From: Macrostomum hystrix
Taxonomy: Eukaryota; Animalia; Platyhelminthes
Assembly: GCA_950097015.1 (NCBI GenBank)
Contig: CATNEN010000008.1
Span: forward strand, 4,402,001 to 4,466,000
Direction: 5' to 3'
Length of the DNA stretch: 64,000 nt
The notes below the pieces were generated by a model. The model saw only the letters and a program-made list of their open reading frames with translations. It was not told where the DNA came from and made no database searches. Position 1 is the stretch's first letter. Each line of letters opens with the position of its first letter. The translations under genes and the position numbers were made by a program. Below, piece by piece: positions 26,986 to 39,900 of this stretch.

Positions 26986-28728
26986 TCATGCTGAGTCATC
27001 ATTTTCTAACTGTGTCGCACTAGTCTCCATGGCAACAGCAGAGTCAGCATCAGCAACCTTGGCAGAGCCTGCACAGAATTGGAGGCGACCGCCGCCACTT
27101 TGCACAAACTGTTCACCATCGTAGATGGTCTCTGGTAGAGACTTACCAACTGTCTCTGGTAAAAAGTAGATTACTAGACAGGCGAGCAATGGCCCAACAC
27201 CGAAAATGACAAATGGCAGCGGGCCCCAGATTGAGCGAAGTGGTAGCAGCTGCGTGCTGAGAATCGCGCCCACCCTGGCCATGGTTGAGCCGGAGCCAAC
27301 TCCGGCGCTGCGAATCACAGTTGGAAATAATTCGCTGTAGTAGAGCCACACAGAGTCAAAGGCGACTGTAATACTTAGCTTGCTTAGGACGGCCAGTGCC
27401 ACATTCGCTGCCGCTGTACCGGCTGCGGACTGTTCGAATACGCCAACCATTGCTGCTAGGAACACGGCGGACGAGGCGAAGGACGCGTAGAGTACTGGCT
27501 TGCGGCCAACGCGACAGATTGATAATAGCATGCCTAGAAAGCGAGCTGGCACTTCTACAGCAGAGACTAGGGCCAAATTCAGGAAGACATCACCACCGAT
27601 AGAATCGGCACCCAGGCTGATGCCGTAGTAGGTCATGGACGCTGCGAACCAGTGCAGCCAGCTCAGTAAGGTGGCTCTGCGCAGTCCAGGCGTGCGAAAC
27701 AGATCCATTAGGTTGCCGGCTTTGGGATCACTGCCAGTCCCCGTTTGCTTTTCATTCGTGTAGATCTCCTGGGCTGCAAAATTATCAGGCAGGTTGTCAA
27801 TAGTGCGGTTCAGTCTAGCCGCTCTGCCAATGACAGCGTCGGCTCGAGCCACCCGGCCGGTGGTAACCAACCATCGGGCCGACTCGCCAGCTAATATTAA
27901 TAGCAGGTACAGCGGTATGCTAGTTGCACACAGCCACAGTAATTGGGCTTGATAGTTTCGCTCCAAATAGGCAACTAAAGTGACGGTGAATATGCCTAGC
28001 GACCAGCCTTGATTGATGGTGAAGCCCCACACTAGGCGGTGCGCCGAGTCCGTGCACTCAATAACAGCAGAGTAAAGCACTGTGATCAAACCTCCAGTGC
28101 CAACACCGGCAAGCAGCATAGCAACAGCGTAGAGCCAGTAGAATGGAGCTAGCCCTGCCATAGCGGTGGTCAGCGTCAGATGTGCCATGCTAATCAGACT
28201 GGCAGGCATTCGGCCAAACTTGTCTCCGATCATGCCGTACAGGCTGGCTCCAACGAGGAAGCCGGCAAAGAAACCGGTTGTAGCTAAATCAGCCAGGTAG
28301 CTATGTCCGCAGACCAAGCGAAATCGGCTTGCCACAGTCTCGGTGAAGATCGACCTATCGAAGGTCCAATCGACGCAGGCCAGATTGTCTAGCGTGCCAC
28401 CCGCCAGATTGGTGCAGTTGAGCGATACTCGACACTGGTCTGGCATAGCCTCAGCTGACCAACAGCTGGCCAGAAGTTCGGAGCCCACAGTGGCGTTTAC
28501 GTCGCAGTAGTGCTTCATCAGTGACGACCTAGCGAATGCGTGTGACAGTGTGACCATTCCGGGAAAGGCTTTAGCAAGGCTTAGACAGGCTAGCAACATT
28601 AGCTGATAGCGACCACTAGCTCCCAGTAGAGCAAGCAAGGCTTCAAAAGTGCGCGGTCGGCCTTCGGACGAATCCGAATTCTTTGCTGATGAATTCGACT
28701 CATTGTCTGACTCGCTTTTCACTGACAT
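26986..28728 (-). CDS. SLC22-family (OCT/OAT-like) MFS organic ion transporter, 580 aa, single coding exon
   Basis: The ORF is uninterrupted from ATG 28728. It shows hallmark motifs TFEALLALLGASGRYQ, a Cys-containing extracellular loop ending WTFDRSIFTETVASRFRLVC, GDKFGRMP, ESARWL, DLFRTPGLR, VGRK, YYSELFPTVIRSAGVG..ARVG and LPETVGKSLPETIYD. Confidence 0.95.
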   Translation of the reverse strand: MSVKSESDNESNSSAKNSDSSEGRPRTFEALLALLGASGRYQLMLLACLSLAKAFPGMVTLSHAFARSSLMKHYCDVNATVGSELLASCWSAEAMPDQCRVSLNCTNLAGGTLDNLACVDWTFDRSIFTETVASRFRLVCGHSYLADLATTGFFAGFLVGASLYGMIGDKFGRMPASLISMAHLTLTTAMAGLAPFYWLYAVAMLLAGVGTGGLITVLYSAVIECTDSAHRLVWGFTINQGWSLGIFTVTLVAYLERNYQAQLLWLCATSIPLYLLLILAGESARWLVTTGRVARADAVIGRAARLNRTIDNLPDNFAAQEIYTNEKQTGTGSDPKAGNLMDLFRTPGLRRATLLSWLHWFAASMTYYGISLGADSIGGDVFLNLALVSAVEVPARFLGMLLSICRVGRKPVLYASFASSAVFLAAMVGVFEQSAAGTAAANVALAVLSKLSITVAFDSVWLYYSELFPTVIRSAGVGSGSTMARVGAILSTQLLPLRSIWGPLPFVIFGVGPLLACLVIYFLPETVGKSLPETIYDGEQFVQSGGGRLQFCAGSAKVADADSAVAMETSATQLENDDSA

Positions 28729-29169
28729 CGTTCGGTCTGACAGAGCCAAATCGGTTCGGAAAGTTTACTTTCACTTTTCGCTTTCAAGAGAAGTGCCTTA
28801 ATTAAATACGCTTAACTGTATTCCCCTTAGTCTGTGCCCTATCTTATCTTGCTACAGGCTTTGAAAAGCTAAAGATAGGCTTTTATTCGAACTATTTTAA
28901 ATATCAGCTTTGTACTTTTTCTGTTCAGTTCAACTTTCACATACAAGCCAAAGATTAGATTTCACAGCTCTCGCGCGATAAAAGTGTCTACAACGCTAGC
29001 TGCAACAGCAAGGCCTGTCTTTCAATTGATTAACTTTCACCGCAATTTACTTAAAGGCATGTACGAGCTGTTGGAGATAACTAGAAATTAATTTTGACTA
29101 ATTTTGAAAGTGAACAAGTAGAGGTCAAATGATTGTTCTAGTCTTCAAAGTAAAGCAAGACTATCTCGT

Positions 29170-29411
29170 TGTGAGAGATACAATTCAGACTACTGACAAC
29201 AGTAGAAAAGCAAAGACTTGGCTGCTAAACTCTCACATAACACTAAAAAATATCGCCATAAAAATGGCAAGGTTAAAAGAGACTTCTGTGCACACTAAGA
29301 GTGGTGGGAGAGGACTGTGTGTGGCTATGGCTGACTGACGAAGGCAAACAAGCCAGAAACCGGTCTCGGTCTGCCACCGCGAGGTTCGTTCCCCACTTTT
29401 AGTGTGTTACA
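29170..29411. mobile_element. Solo LTR (242 bp), same family as 22479-22731
   Basis: Termini are TGTGAGAG...GTGTTACA, with a perfect 5-bp TSD CTCGT at 29165-69 and 29412-16. It is near-identical to the copy at 22479. Confidence 0.88.
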
Positions 29412-29421
29412 CTCGTCTCAT

Positions 29422-29806
29422 GAGGGAGTGAGTAGCAGAGTGGTTGACGCGTTTGCCTCTCGCGCCAAAGTCCCTAAGTTCGATTCCGCAGCGAGGCCAC
29501 GTTCCGCATTCGTTTTGGGTGCAGCCGCGGAGAGAAGGCTTCGGGACTTGTCGTGCAATTTGCGCACTTAAGGGCCAACCTCCAAGGCATAGTGAAGTGT
29601 ACACTGCCTGACGATGAGAGACTCAGGGCAGATGTACTCACCCCTGTGTGAGAGCGTGCTTGCTTACGGTGTCTGTTTGCGTGTGTGCTGAGGAGTCAGC
29701 AGAATGGGCAGAATTGCCTCCTCGCTGGTTGCGGGTCTAGTGACACTAAATGATGTGTCATTACCCGCAGCCCTCCTGCAATTATATTTATTGTTATTAT
29801 TATTAT
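29422..29806 (+). mobile_element. tRNA-derived SINE, family A, near full length
   Basis: GTAGCAGAGTGGTTGACGCG...AAGTTCGATTCCGC head, a body shared with the other copies, and an (ATT)n tail ending at 29806. Confidence 0.85.
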
Positions 29807-29862
29807 CCTGTCGGAGGAAAACCTTAGTCTCTTTAACAATGACTTAATGGATTATTTCAGCC

Positions 29863-32426
29863 ATGGACCGAGGACTGCCAACCGTTCTGGCTTCTGCAAA
29901 GCTCAGAGAGTCCTCCTTGTCTTCGTCGTCTATATCCTCAGATTCGATGGAGAGTCCAAGTCCGAGTTGCGATGTCCGACTGTCCATTCTGCACGGTCGC
30001 ATCAAGGCCGCCCTACTGCAGCACTGCATCAGCAGCTGCGGTCAGGCCGGCCAATTCCGAACTGGATTTGACGAGCTGCGACAAGTTAGAAAAAAAATGG
30101 TCAGCCAATTGCGCAAAGAACTGTTACGCAGCGGCTGCGCACAACAAGCGGACGAAGTAATGCGCATTCTCGGCCTGGCCACCTCCAGGGCGATTGCGGA
30201 GGCGGCCGACAGGCTAAACGGGCGCGGCTGGTCAGTTTCCCAGATCACGGAGGCGCTCAACCGCCTAGTAAGAAACCATTGTAACTTTGATTTTCATATC
30301 ATTGAATTCTGAATAGGAATTTATACCCAGAATTGTAAATGGAATTTCCCAACCCTAGGATTCAGAATGGGGTTTCCCTACCAAAAGATTTCAAATCGGA
30401 CTTCCCTACCCTTGGATTCCGAAAAAGATTTCCCTACACTAGGATTCCTAATTGGATTTCCCTACCCTAGGATTCCGATTGATATTTCCTAGGAGTCAGA
30501 AAGGGATTTCCCTACCCTAGGATTGTAAATGGGATTTCCCTTCAATATTATTCTAAATGAGATTTCCTCACTTGATATTCCAAACGGGATTTTACTACCC
30601 TACGATTCAAAAGCATGTAGGTTTTCTCTACCCCTGGTTCTAAATGGGATTCTTTAGCATTTAAGATTGTAAATAGAATTTCCATACCCTAAGATTCCAT
30701 ACGGGATTTCTAAGTTAAAATATTCTACTCTACGATTCTATATAGTATTTTTCCACCGTTTTAATTCCAAGTAGGATTATATCCTGGATTCGTGTTATAA
30801 TAAAATGATTTATGTGGTTTTTTAATTCCTAATAGACATTTCCTGTCCCAGTTTCCAAAGGGATTTCCATTTTGTCGAGAATATAAATTGGTGGTAGTGT
30901 TTTTTTGAAATATTTAACATTGCTAAATGAGGCCTTGTTATCCCACCTTTCGGCAGATATCCCCCATCCTAATCGACCTTGGCGTACCTGATCACGACGC
31001 CATATTGAGCATCAGCATGCCGGTGCTGTCAGTATCGGCTCATTCCCGGCCCTCCTTTATTGTTTCCCAACGCTCGCTGCCGGCCAATCACGCCTGGAAT
31101 CAGCCCGAACTCATGCGCCTATTGCACCCATTCGACGAGTTGCTCACGCTGCGCTGGACTCTGGCTGGCGCCGCCCACCTGCCCGACGGCCTCCTGCGAC
31201 CCGAGTTAATCAGCCAGCTGGGCAACCTGGCAACCAGGTCCTGCCGCTTGGCCGCCGAGAGATTTCCCAGCCAGCTGACCGACTGTCTTGGCAGCCTGGC
31301 CCTCGCCGGCTTTGTCAGGCTGGCTGGCACGCCGAGGTCTCCTCGGGTGTCGCTCTGCACCAGTCGCTACGTGGCCGACACGCTTTGGCCGGCCTATCGC
31401 CAATTGCTGGCCTCCTTGACTAGCAAGCACGTCGCTCCCTGGGCTGGCGCGGCTCTGTGGCAGCGTCTAGCGGACGCCGATGTTTGCTCGATGGTTGCCA
31501 CGGTGCAGGCTCGGCTAAAACTGTACGCCCATAGCGGAGATAGCGCAGACGCCAAAGCGGATGCTACTAGACAAAACGGCGGCGACCGACGTCATCGACA
31601 GTCAGCAACGCCGCCTACGTCGACAAAACGAAAATTGTCGCCTACGTCTATCAGGGAATCAGCGACCAGGTTAGTTTAACTTTTAGTTTATAAATGTTTT
31701 CGAAAAAAACGATGAGAGTAGCCAATCCTATATTTTAACTATGAACTGCTTCGTCATACAATTAGGCCAGGGGTTCGTCAAACTCCAACCCGTTGCCCAT
31801 TTCAACACCTATAGTATCCTGTCTCATCTGTCTCTCATCTGAAGATGGAAACTCTCATCTCTTCCCGGTCTTATCTCTCCCATGTCTCATCTCTCCCCCG
31901 TCTCATCTCTCCCCTGTCTCATATTCCTACAGTTAATGCGGCCCGCTGTCGTCTTCTCTCTGGTTCTCTCCATGGCCCGCACGCTAATAAGTTAGCTGAC
32001 CCTGAATTAGGCCTCACGCAAGCCAGTTCATTTCCAATTGTTAATCTTGCTTTACACCAAACGATGACAATGTTTCCATGACAACGATCTTCACTAATCG
32101 AGTCTGTAGCATCTATTCTTATTGTGAGTTGTTGTCATTGTCGAGTTAAAAGACAATTCAAATCGACTCAATTGATTAGGCCCAGAATCAATCGGCTATC
32201 GCCAAGCCAGCGACCAAACCTGAGACCAAAAACAGTTCAGCCAGCGCGGAAATCAGCGGCGACATCGCGCGACTCGTCCGACTCTGACACCGACGCCGGC
32301 GCATTCAAAGTCGAGGATTGTTGGTACGCCGGCGCTGAAGGCAACCGTGACGACGGTGACGCAGTCGGAGACGGTGCGGGCAACGACAGTAAGGCTCGCT
32401 GCGACGCCAAGCGAATCTATTTCTGA
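29863..32426 (+). CDS. Uncharacterised protein A (454 aa), exons 29863-30267, 30957-31669, 32180-32426
   Basis: Splice junctions CTA|GTAAG to CAG|ATA (phase 0) and AG|GTTAG to TAG|G (phase 2) join three GC-rich ORFs. The 1365-nt total is 455 codons. No family was recognised. Confidence 0.75.
30340..30870. repeat. Degenerate ~28-bp minisatellite (GGATTTCCCTACCCTAGGATTCC...) in intron 1 of gene A
   Basis: GATTTCCCTACCCTAGGATT recurs with about 28-nt spacing and decays toward the 3' end. Confidence 0.8.
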
Positions 32427-32469
32427 TGGCGCACAGTTTCGGTGCTGGTTTGGTTGTCAATGAAACGCA

Positions 32470-32625
32470 GCTTGTAGCCCAACCGTTAGAGCTTTGGATT
32501 CCTGATCGAGAGGTCAGGAGTTCGATTCTCATCTCAAGGGAAATATTTTGTGTCATTACGAAAGGCACTTGAATTCCCAAGTGCTACTGTTCACACAGCT
32601 GTAAAACTTGACTAATCCATGGACT
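32470..32625 (+). mobile_element. Divergent, truncated CORE-like SINE with a tRNA-like head
   Basis: TAGCCCAACCGTTAG (A box) and GAGTTCGATTC (B box) are followed by GTGTCATTACGAAAGGCACTTGAA...TTCACACAGCTGTAAAA and CCATGGACTG, which resemble family B. Confidence 0.6.
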
Positions 32626-32680
32626 GCCTGGCCAGTCGTAGACAGTCGTAGACAGCCGTAGACAACCATTCATAATACTT

Positions 32681-33099
32681 CCCGCTAAAAATAGGGATGT
32701 TTCTTTGGGTGATTCCAGTTGGAATCTGCGGTTTTTCCAGAAAAAGAAACAGCCGAACGCTGGAAACATACCAATCGGATGATTCCATGCTTAGAATCTA
32801 CCCAACTGGGCGTTTTCTCTGTACTTCTTGGTGGCGAAATGGAATCACCCAAAGAATCCTCCAGTTCGGAAGATTCCATGCTCAGAAACCGCCGAGGAAT
32901 CGCCCGTAAATAATTCTCTGGTTGTCCCATGGGCCACTGGTTCGGGTGATTCTTCGGCGGTTTCCGCACAATTTACGGTTACATCGGCTGCTTCTTGGGT
33001 GGTTTCTTTAACTCTTGCGAGATAGGGGGGATTTTGGTAGATTCCACTCCTATTTTGCACAAAAAACCCGCCGAAGAAGCAGCCGATTTTTTTACAGGG
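32681..33099. mobile_element. 419-bp non-autonomous DNA transposon (MITE, CMC/EnSpm-like), copy 1
   Basis: Imperfect TIRs CCCGCTAAAAAT...ATTTTTTTACAGGG, many GGAATC/GATTCC subterminal motifs, and a near-identical 419-bp copy at 58283-58701. Confidence 0.75.
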
Positions 33100-33410
33100 T
33101 AATAATAACACTAGACCCGCAACCAGCGAGGAGGCAATTCTGCTGACTCCTAACCACACACGCACTCAGATACTGTACACAGGCATACGCTCACACAGGT
33201 GTGTATATCTGCCCTGACTTTCTCATCGCCAGGCAGTGTACACTCTCACTGTGCCTTTGAGGTTGGCCCTCAAGAGCGTAAATTGCATGACAAGCCCCCA
33301 AGCCTTCTCTCCGCGGCTGCGCCCCAAATGAATGTGGCCTCGCCGCGGAATCGAACTTAGGGACCTTGGTGCGAGAGGCAAACGCGTTAACCGCTCTCCC
33401 ACCGACCCCC
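33100..33410 (-). mobile_element. tRNA-derived SINE, family A
   Basis: Reverse complement of the 29422 copy: head GGGGGTCGGTGGGGAGAGCGGTTAACGCG...AAGTTCGATTCCGC, and the AATAATAA tail abuts the MITE. Confidence 0.85.
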
Positions 33411-33974
33411 TTGTAGACAACCATTAGAAGCGACTGGCTGTAGATCTGGTCCACCTGGGCTAGGTGTTAATTCTATTGCCGTCCGTCATTCGCAATTAAC
33501 TCTCCTGTCATAGGGTAACTCCGGTTGGGAGGATTATCGCTAAATTCCTTCTCGTATTTTATTACCTGAAGGTTATTCGGAATAATTATTAGCAATCTGA
33601 GCTGTCAAAAGGTTAATAAATAGCCCTTTTTAAATAAAATAAGCAATAGTGCCTCACACGGTTAGTACTTAAAATTGCGCACACCTCCACTGGTTTTCAT
33701 TCGAATTCTTATTCTGTTTTTAGTCGTTTTTACTGTCAATGATTCAATTATTTTCTTATGCATTTTTCTCCTAAAAGACTGTTTGCTGTTTTATTTAGCT
33801 ACAATTTTCAATTATGTAAAAATTAATTTTTGGAATTACTTTTTAGCAGTCGCAAACCGCTTGTTCAGTTTTCTTTGTATATTAAGGCTCAAATCAATAA
33901 TTCATCTCGAGCACTTTGATATTTGCTATATTTTGACACTTTTTATCTCATTTAGAAGTGAGTGCCTCGCTGTT

Positions 33975-36900
33975 TTAACTAGAATCGTAGCAGTAAATAT
34001 AGCTAGAATTGTAGAAATACTCTGACAGGCTGGAAACTTGCCATAGTAGTATTTCGCGAGTAGCTGTATAATTCTGTAATCGCAGAAAGAAAGGTAGCTG
34101 AAACTTTATCAGAAAACGAGAAGAAATTTAAGCAGGAACCGTAGCTAGAATCGTAGCAGAAAACGTAGCTGGAATCGTAGCAGGAACCATCGCTAGAATC
34201 GTAGCAGGAATCATCGCTAGAATCGTAGCAGGAACCATCGCTAGAATTGTAGCAGGAATCATCGCTGGAATCGTAGCAGGAACCATCGCTAGAATCGTAG
34301 CAGGAACCGTAGCTAGAATCGTAGCAGAAAACGTAGCTGGAATCGTAGCAGGAACCATCGCTAGAATCGTAGCAGGAACCATCGCTAGAATCGTAGCAGG
34401 AACCATCGCTAGAATCGTAGCAGGAATCATCGCTAGAATCGTAGCAGGAACCATCGCTAGAATTGTAGCAGGAATCATCGCTAGAATCGTAGCAGGAACC
34501 ATCGCTAGAATCGTAGCAGGAACCATCGCTAGAATCGTAGCAGGAATCATCGCTAAAATCGTAGCAGAAAACGTAGCTGGAATCGTAGCAGGAATCATCG
34601 CTAGAATCGTAGCAGGAACCATCGCTAGAATTGTAGCAGGAATCATCGCTAGAATCGTAGCAGGAATCATCGCTAGAATCGTAGCAGGAACCATCGCTAG
34701 AATCGTAGCAGGAACATCGCTAGAATCGTAGCAGGAATCATCGCTAGAATCGTAGCAGGAAAACGTAGCTGGAATCGTAGCAGGAATCATCGCTAGAATC
34801 GTAGCAGAAAACGTAGCTGGAATCGTAGCAGGAACTCATTGCTAGAATCGTAGCAGGAATCATCGCTAAATCATCGCTAGAATCGTAGCAGAAAACGTAG
34901 CTGGAATCGTAGCAGGAATCATCGCTAGAATCGTAGCAGAAAACGTAGCTGGAATCGTACCAGAAATCATCGCTGGAATCGTAGCAGGAACCATCGCTAG
35001 AATTGTAGCAGGAATCATCGCTAGAATCGTAGCAGAAAACGTAGCTGGAATCGTAGCAGGAATCATCGCTAGAATCGTAGCAGGAACCATCGCTAGGAAT
35101 CGTAGCAGGAACCATCGCTAGAATCGTAGCAGGAACCATCGCTAGAATCGTAGCAGGAACCCATCGCTAGAATCGTAGCAGGAATCATCGCTAGAATCGT
35201 AGCAGGAATCATCGCTAGAAATCGTAGCAGAAAACGTAGCTGGAATCGTAGCAGGAACCATCGCTAGAATTGTAGCAGGAATCATCGCTGGAATCGTAGC
35301 ATGGAACCATCGCTAGAATTGTAGCAGGAATCATCGCTGGAATCGTAGCAGGAACCATCGCTAGAATCGTAGCAGGAAACCATCGCTAGAATCGTAGCAG
35401 GAATCATCGCTAGAATCGTAGCAGGAAATCATCGCTAGAATCGTAGCAGGAATCATCGCTAGAATCGTAGCAGGAATCATCGCTAGAATCGTAGCAGAAA
35501 ACGTAGCTGGAATCGTAGCAGGAATCATCGCTAGAATCGTAGCAGGAATCATCGCTAGAATCGTAGCAGGAACCATCGCTAGACTCGTAGCAGGAATCAT
35601 CGCTAGAATCGTAGCAGAAAACGTAGCTGGAATCGTAGCAGGAATCATCGATAGGAAATCGTAGCAGGAACCATCGCTAGAATTGTAGCAGGAATCACGC
35701 TAGAATCGTAGCAGGAACCATCGCTAGAATCGTAGCAGGGAATCATCGCTAGAAGCGTAGCAGGAAACCATCGTGCTAGAATCGTAGCAGGAACCATCGC
35801 TAGAATCGTAGCAGGAATCATCGCTAGGAATCGTAGCAGAAAACGTAGCTGGGAATCGTAGCAGGAATCATCGCTAGAATCGTAGCAGGAACCATCGCTA
35901 GAATTGTAGCAGGAATCATCGCTAGAATCGTAGCAGGAACCATCGCTAGAATCGTAGCAGGAAACATCGCTAGAATCGTAGCAGGAATCATCGCTAGAAT
36001 CGTAGCAGAAATCATCGCTAGAATCGTAGCAGGAATCATCGCTAGAATCGTAGCAGGAATCATCGCTAGAATCGTAGCAGGAATCATCGCTAGAATCGTA
36101 GCAGGAATCATCGCTAGAATCGTAGCAGGAATCATCGCTAGAATCGTAGCAGGAACCATCGCTAGAATCGTAGCAGGAATCATCGCTAGAATCGTAGCAG
36201 AAAACGTAGCTGGAATCGTAGCAGGAACCATCGCTAGAATCGTAGCAGGAATCATCGCTAGAATCGTAGCAGAAAACGTAGCTGGAATCGTAGCAGGAAT
36301 CATCGCTAGAATCGTAGCAGAAAACGTAGCTGGAATCGTAGCAGGAACCATCGCTAGAATCGTAGCAGGAATCATCGCTAGAATCGTAGCAGAAAACGTA
36401 GCTGGAATCGTAGCAGGAACCATCGCTAGAATTGTAGCAGGAATCATCGCTGGAATCGTAGCAGGAACCATCGCTAGAATTGTAGCAGGAATCATCGCTG
36501 GAATCGTAGCAGGAACCATCGCTAGAATCGTAGCAGGAACCATCGCTAGAATCGTAGCAGGAATCATCGCTAGAATCGTAGCAGAAAACGTAGCTGGAAT
36601 CGTAGCAGGAATCATCGCTGGAATCGTAGCAGGAACCATCGCTAGAATTGTAGCAGGAATCATCGCTGGAATCGTAGCAGGAACCATCGCTAGAATCGTA
36701 GCAGGAATCATCGCTAGAATCGTAGCAGGAATCATCGCTAGAATCGTAGCAGGAATCATCGCTAGAATCGTAGCAGGAATCATAGCTAGAATCGTAGCAG
36801 GAATCATCGCTGGAATCGTAGCAGGAACCATCGCTAGAATCGTAGCAGGAATCATCGCTAGAATCGTAGCAGGATTCATCGCTAGAATCGTAGCAGGAAC

Positions 36901-39900
36901 CATCGCTAGAATCGTAGCAGAAAACGTAGCTGGAATCGTAGCAGGAATCATCGCTAGAATCGTAGCAGGAATCATCGCGAGAATCGTAGCAGGAACCATC
37001 GCTAGAATCGTAGCAGGAATCATCGCTAGAATCGTAGCAGAAAACGTAGCTAGAACCGTAGCAGGAACCATCGCTAGAATCGTAGCAGGAATCATCGCTA
37101 GAATCGTAGCAGAAAACTTAGCTGGAATCGTAGCAGGAATCATCGCTAGAATCGTAGCAGAAAACGTAGCTGGAATCGTAGCAGGAACCATCGCTAGAAT
37201 CGTAGCAGGAATCATCGCTAGAATCGTAGCAGAAAACGTAGCTGGAATCGTAGCAGGAATCATCGCTAGAATCGTAGCAGAAAACGTAGCTGGAATCGTA
37301 GCAGAAAACGTAGCTGGAATCGTAGCAGGAATCATCGCTAGAATCGTAGCAGAAAACGTAGCTGGAATCGTAGCAGGAACCATCGCTAGAATTGTAGCAG
37401 GAATCATCGCTGGAATCGTAGCAGGAACCATCGCTAGAATTGTAGCAGGAATCATCGCTATAATCGTAGCAGGAACCATCGCTAGAATCGTAGCAGGAAT
37501 CATCGCTGGAATCGTAGCAGGAACCATCGCTAGAATTGTAGCAGGAATCATCGCTAGAATCGTAGCAGGAATCATCGCTAGAATCGTAGCAGGAACCATC
37601 GCTAGAATCGTAGCAGGAATCATCGCTAGAATCGTAGCAGAAAACGTAGCTGGAATCGTAGCAGGAATCATCGCTAGAATCGTAGCAGGAACCATCGGTA
37701 GAATTGTAGCAGGAATCATCGCTAGAATCGTAGCAGGAACCATCGCTAGAATCGTAGCAGGAATCATCGCTAGAATCGTAGCAGGAACCATCGCTAGAAT
37801 CGTAGCAGGAACCATCGCTAGAATCGTAGCAGGAATCATCGCTAGAATCGTAGCAGGAATCATCGCTAGAATCGTAGCAGGAATCATCGCTAGAATCGTA
37901 GCAGGAACCATCGCTAGAATTGTAGCAGGAATCATCGCTGGAATCGTAGCAGGAACCATCGCTAGAATCGTAGCAGGAATCATCGCTAGAATCGTAGCAG
38001 AAAACGTAGCTGGAATCGTAGCAGGAATCATCGCTAGAATCGTAGCAGGAATCATCGCGAGAATCGTAGCAGGAACCATCGCTAGAATCGTAGCAGGAAT
38101 CATCGCTAGAATCGTAGCAGAAAACGTAGCTAGAACCGTAGCAGGAACCATCGCTAGAATCGTAGCAGGAATCATCGCTAGAATCGTAGCAGAAAACTTA
38201 GCTGGAATCGTAGCAGGAATCATCGCTAGAATCGTAGCAGAAAACGTAGCTGGAATCGTAGCAGGAACCATCGCTAGAATCGTAGCAGGAATCATCGCTA
38301 GAATCGTAGCAGAAACGTAGCTGGAATCGTAGCAGGAATCATCGCTAGAATCGTAGCAGAAAACGTAGCTGGAATCGTAGCAGAAAACGTAGCTGGAATC
38401 GTAGCAGGAATCATCGCTAGAATCGTAGCAGAAAACGTAGCTGGAATCGTAGCAGGAACCATCGCTAGAATTGTAGCAGGATCATCGCTGGAATCGTAGC
38501 AGGAACCATCGCTAGAATTGTAGCAGGAATCATCGCTATAATCGTAGCAGGAACCATCGCTAGAATCGTAGCAGGAATCATCGCTGGAATCGTAGCAGGA
38601 ACCATCGCTAGAATTGTAGCAGGAATCATCGCTAGAATCGTAGCAGGAATCATCGCTAGAATCGTAGCAGGAACCATCGCTAGAATCGTAGCAGGAATCA
38701 TCGCTAGAATCGTAGCAGAAAACGTAGCTGGAATCGTAGCAGGAATCATCGCTAGAATCGTAGCAGGAACCATCGGTAGAATTGTAGCAGGAATCATCGC
38801 TAGAATCGTAGCAGGAACCATCGCTAGAATCGTAGCAGGAATCATCGCTAGAATCGTAGCAGGAACCATCGCTAGAATCAATCATCGCTAGAAGCGTAGC
38901 AGGAATCCTCCGTAGAATCGTAGCAGGAATCATCGCTAGAATCGTAGCAGGAACCATCGCTAGAATTGTAGCAGGAATCATCGCTGGAATCGTAGCAGGA
39001 AACATCGCTAGAATCGTAGCAGGAACATCGCTAGAATGTAGCAGGAATCATCGCTAGAATCGTTAGCAGGATATCATCGCTAGAATCGTAGCAGGAATCA
39101 TCGCTAGAATCGTAGCAGGAATCATCGCTAGAATCGTAGCAGGAGTCCATCGCTAGAATCGTAGCAGGAATCATCGCTAGAATCGTAGCAGAATCATCGT
39201 ACTAGAATCGTAGCAGGAACACCGTCAGCTAGAATCAGTAGCAGGAATCCATCGCTAGGAATTCGTAGCAGGATATCATAGCTAGGAAATCGTAGCATGA
39301 ACCATCGTCTAGATCGTAGCGAATCAGTCGCAGGAATCGTAGCAGCATCGCTAGCTGATCGTAGCAGGAATCATCGCTAAATCGTAGCAGAAAACGTAGC
39401 TGGAATCGTAGCAGGAACCATCGCTAGAATCGTAGCAGGAATCATCGCTAGAATCGTAGCAGAAAACGTAGCTGGAATCGTAGCAGGAACCATCGCTAGA
39501 ATCGTAGCAGGAATCATCGCTAGAATCGTAGCAGAAAACGTAGCTGGAATCGTAGCAGGAATCATCGCTAGAATCGTAGCAGAAAACGTAGCTGGAATCG
39601 TAGCAGGAACCATCGCTAGAATCGTAGCAGGAATCATCGCTAGAATCGTAGCAGAAAACGTAGCTGGAATCGTAGCAGGAACCATCGCTAGAATTGTAGC
39701 AGGAATCATCGCTGGAATCGTAGCAGGAACCATCGCTAGAATTGTAGCAGGAATCATCGCTGGAATCGTAGCAGGAACCATCGCTAGAATCGTAGCAGGA
39801 ATCATCGCTGGAATCGTAGCAGGAACCATCGCTAGAATCGTAGCAGGAACCATCGCTAGAATCGTAGCAGGAACCATCGCAGGAACTCATCGCTAGAATC

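Noticed and set aside
22479-29411. One full-length LTR element that captured SLC22
   Set aside because: Each LTR has its own TSD, the outer flanks (GCTTT vs CTCGT) do not match, and no gag/pol sequence lies between them.
32470-32540. Functional tRNA gene (possible CCT anticodon loop)
   Set aside because: The stems pair poorly and the sequence continues into a SINE body, so it is treated as a SINE head, like the other tRNA-like heads in the window.
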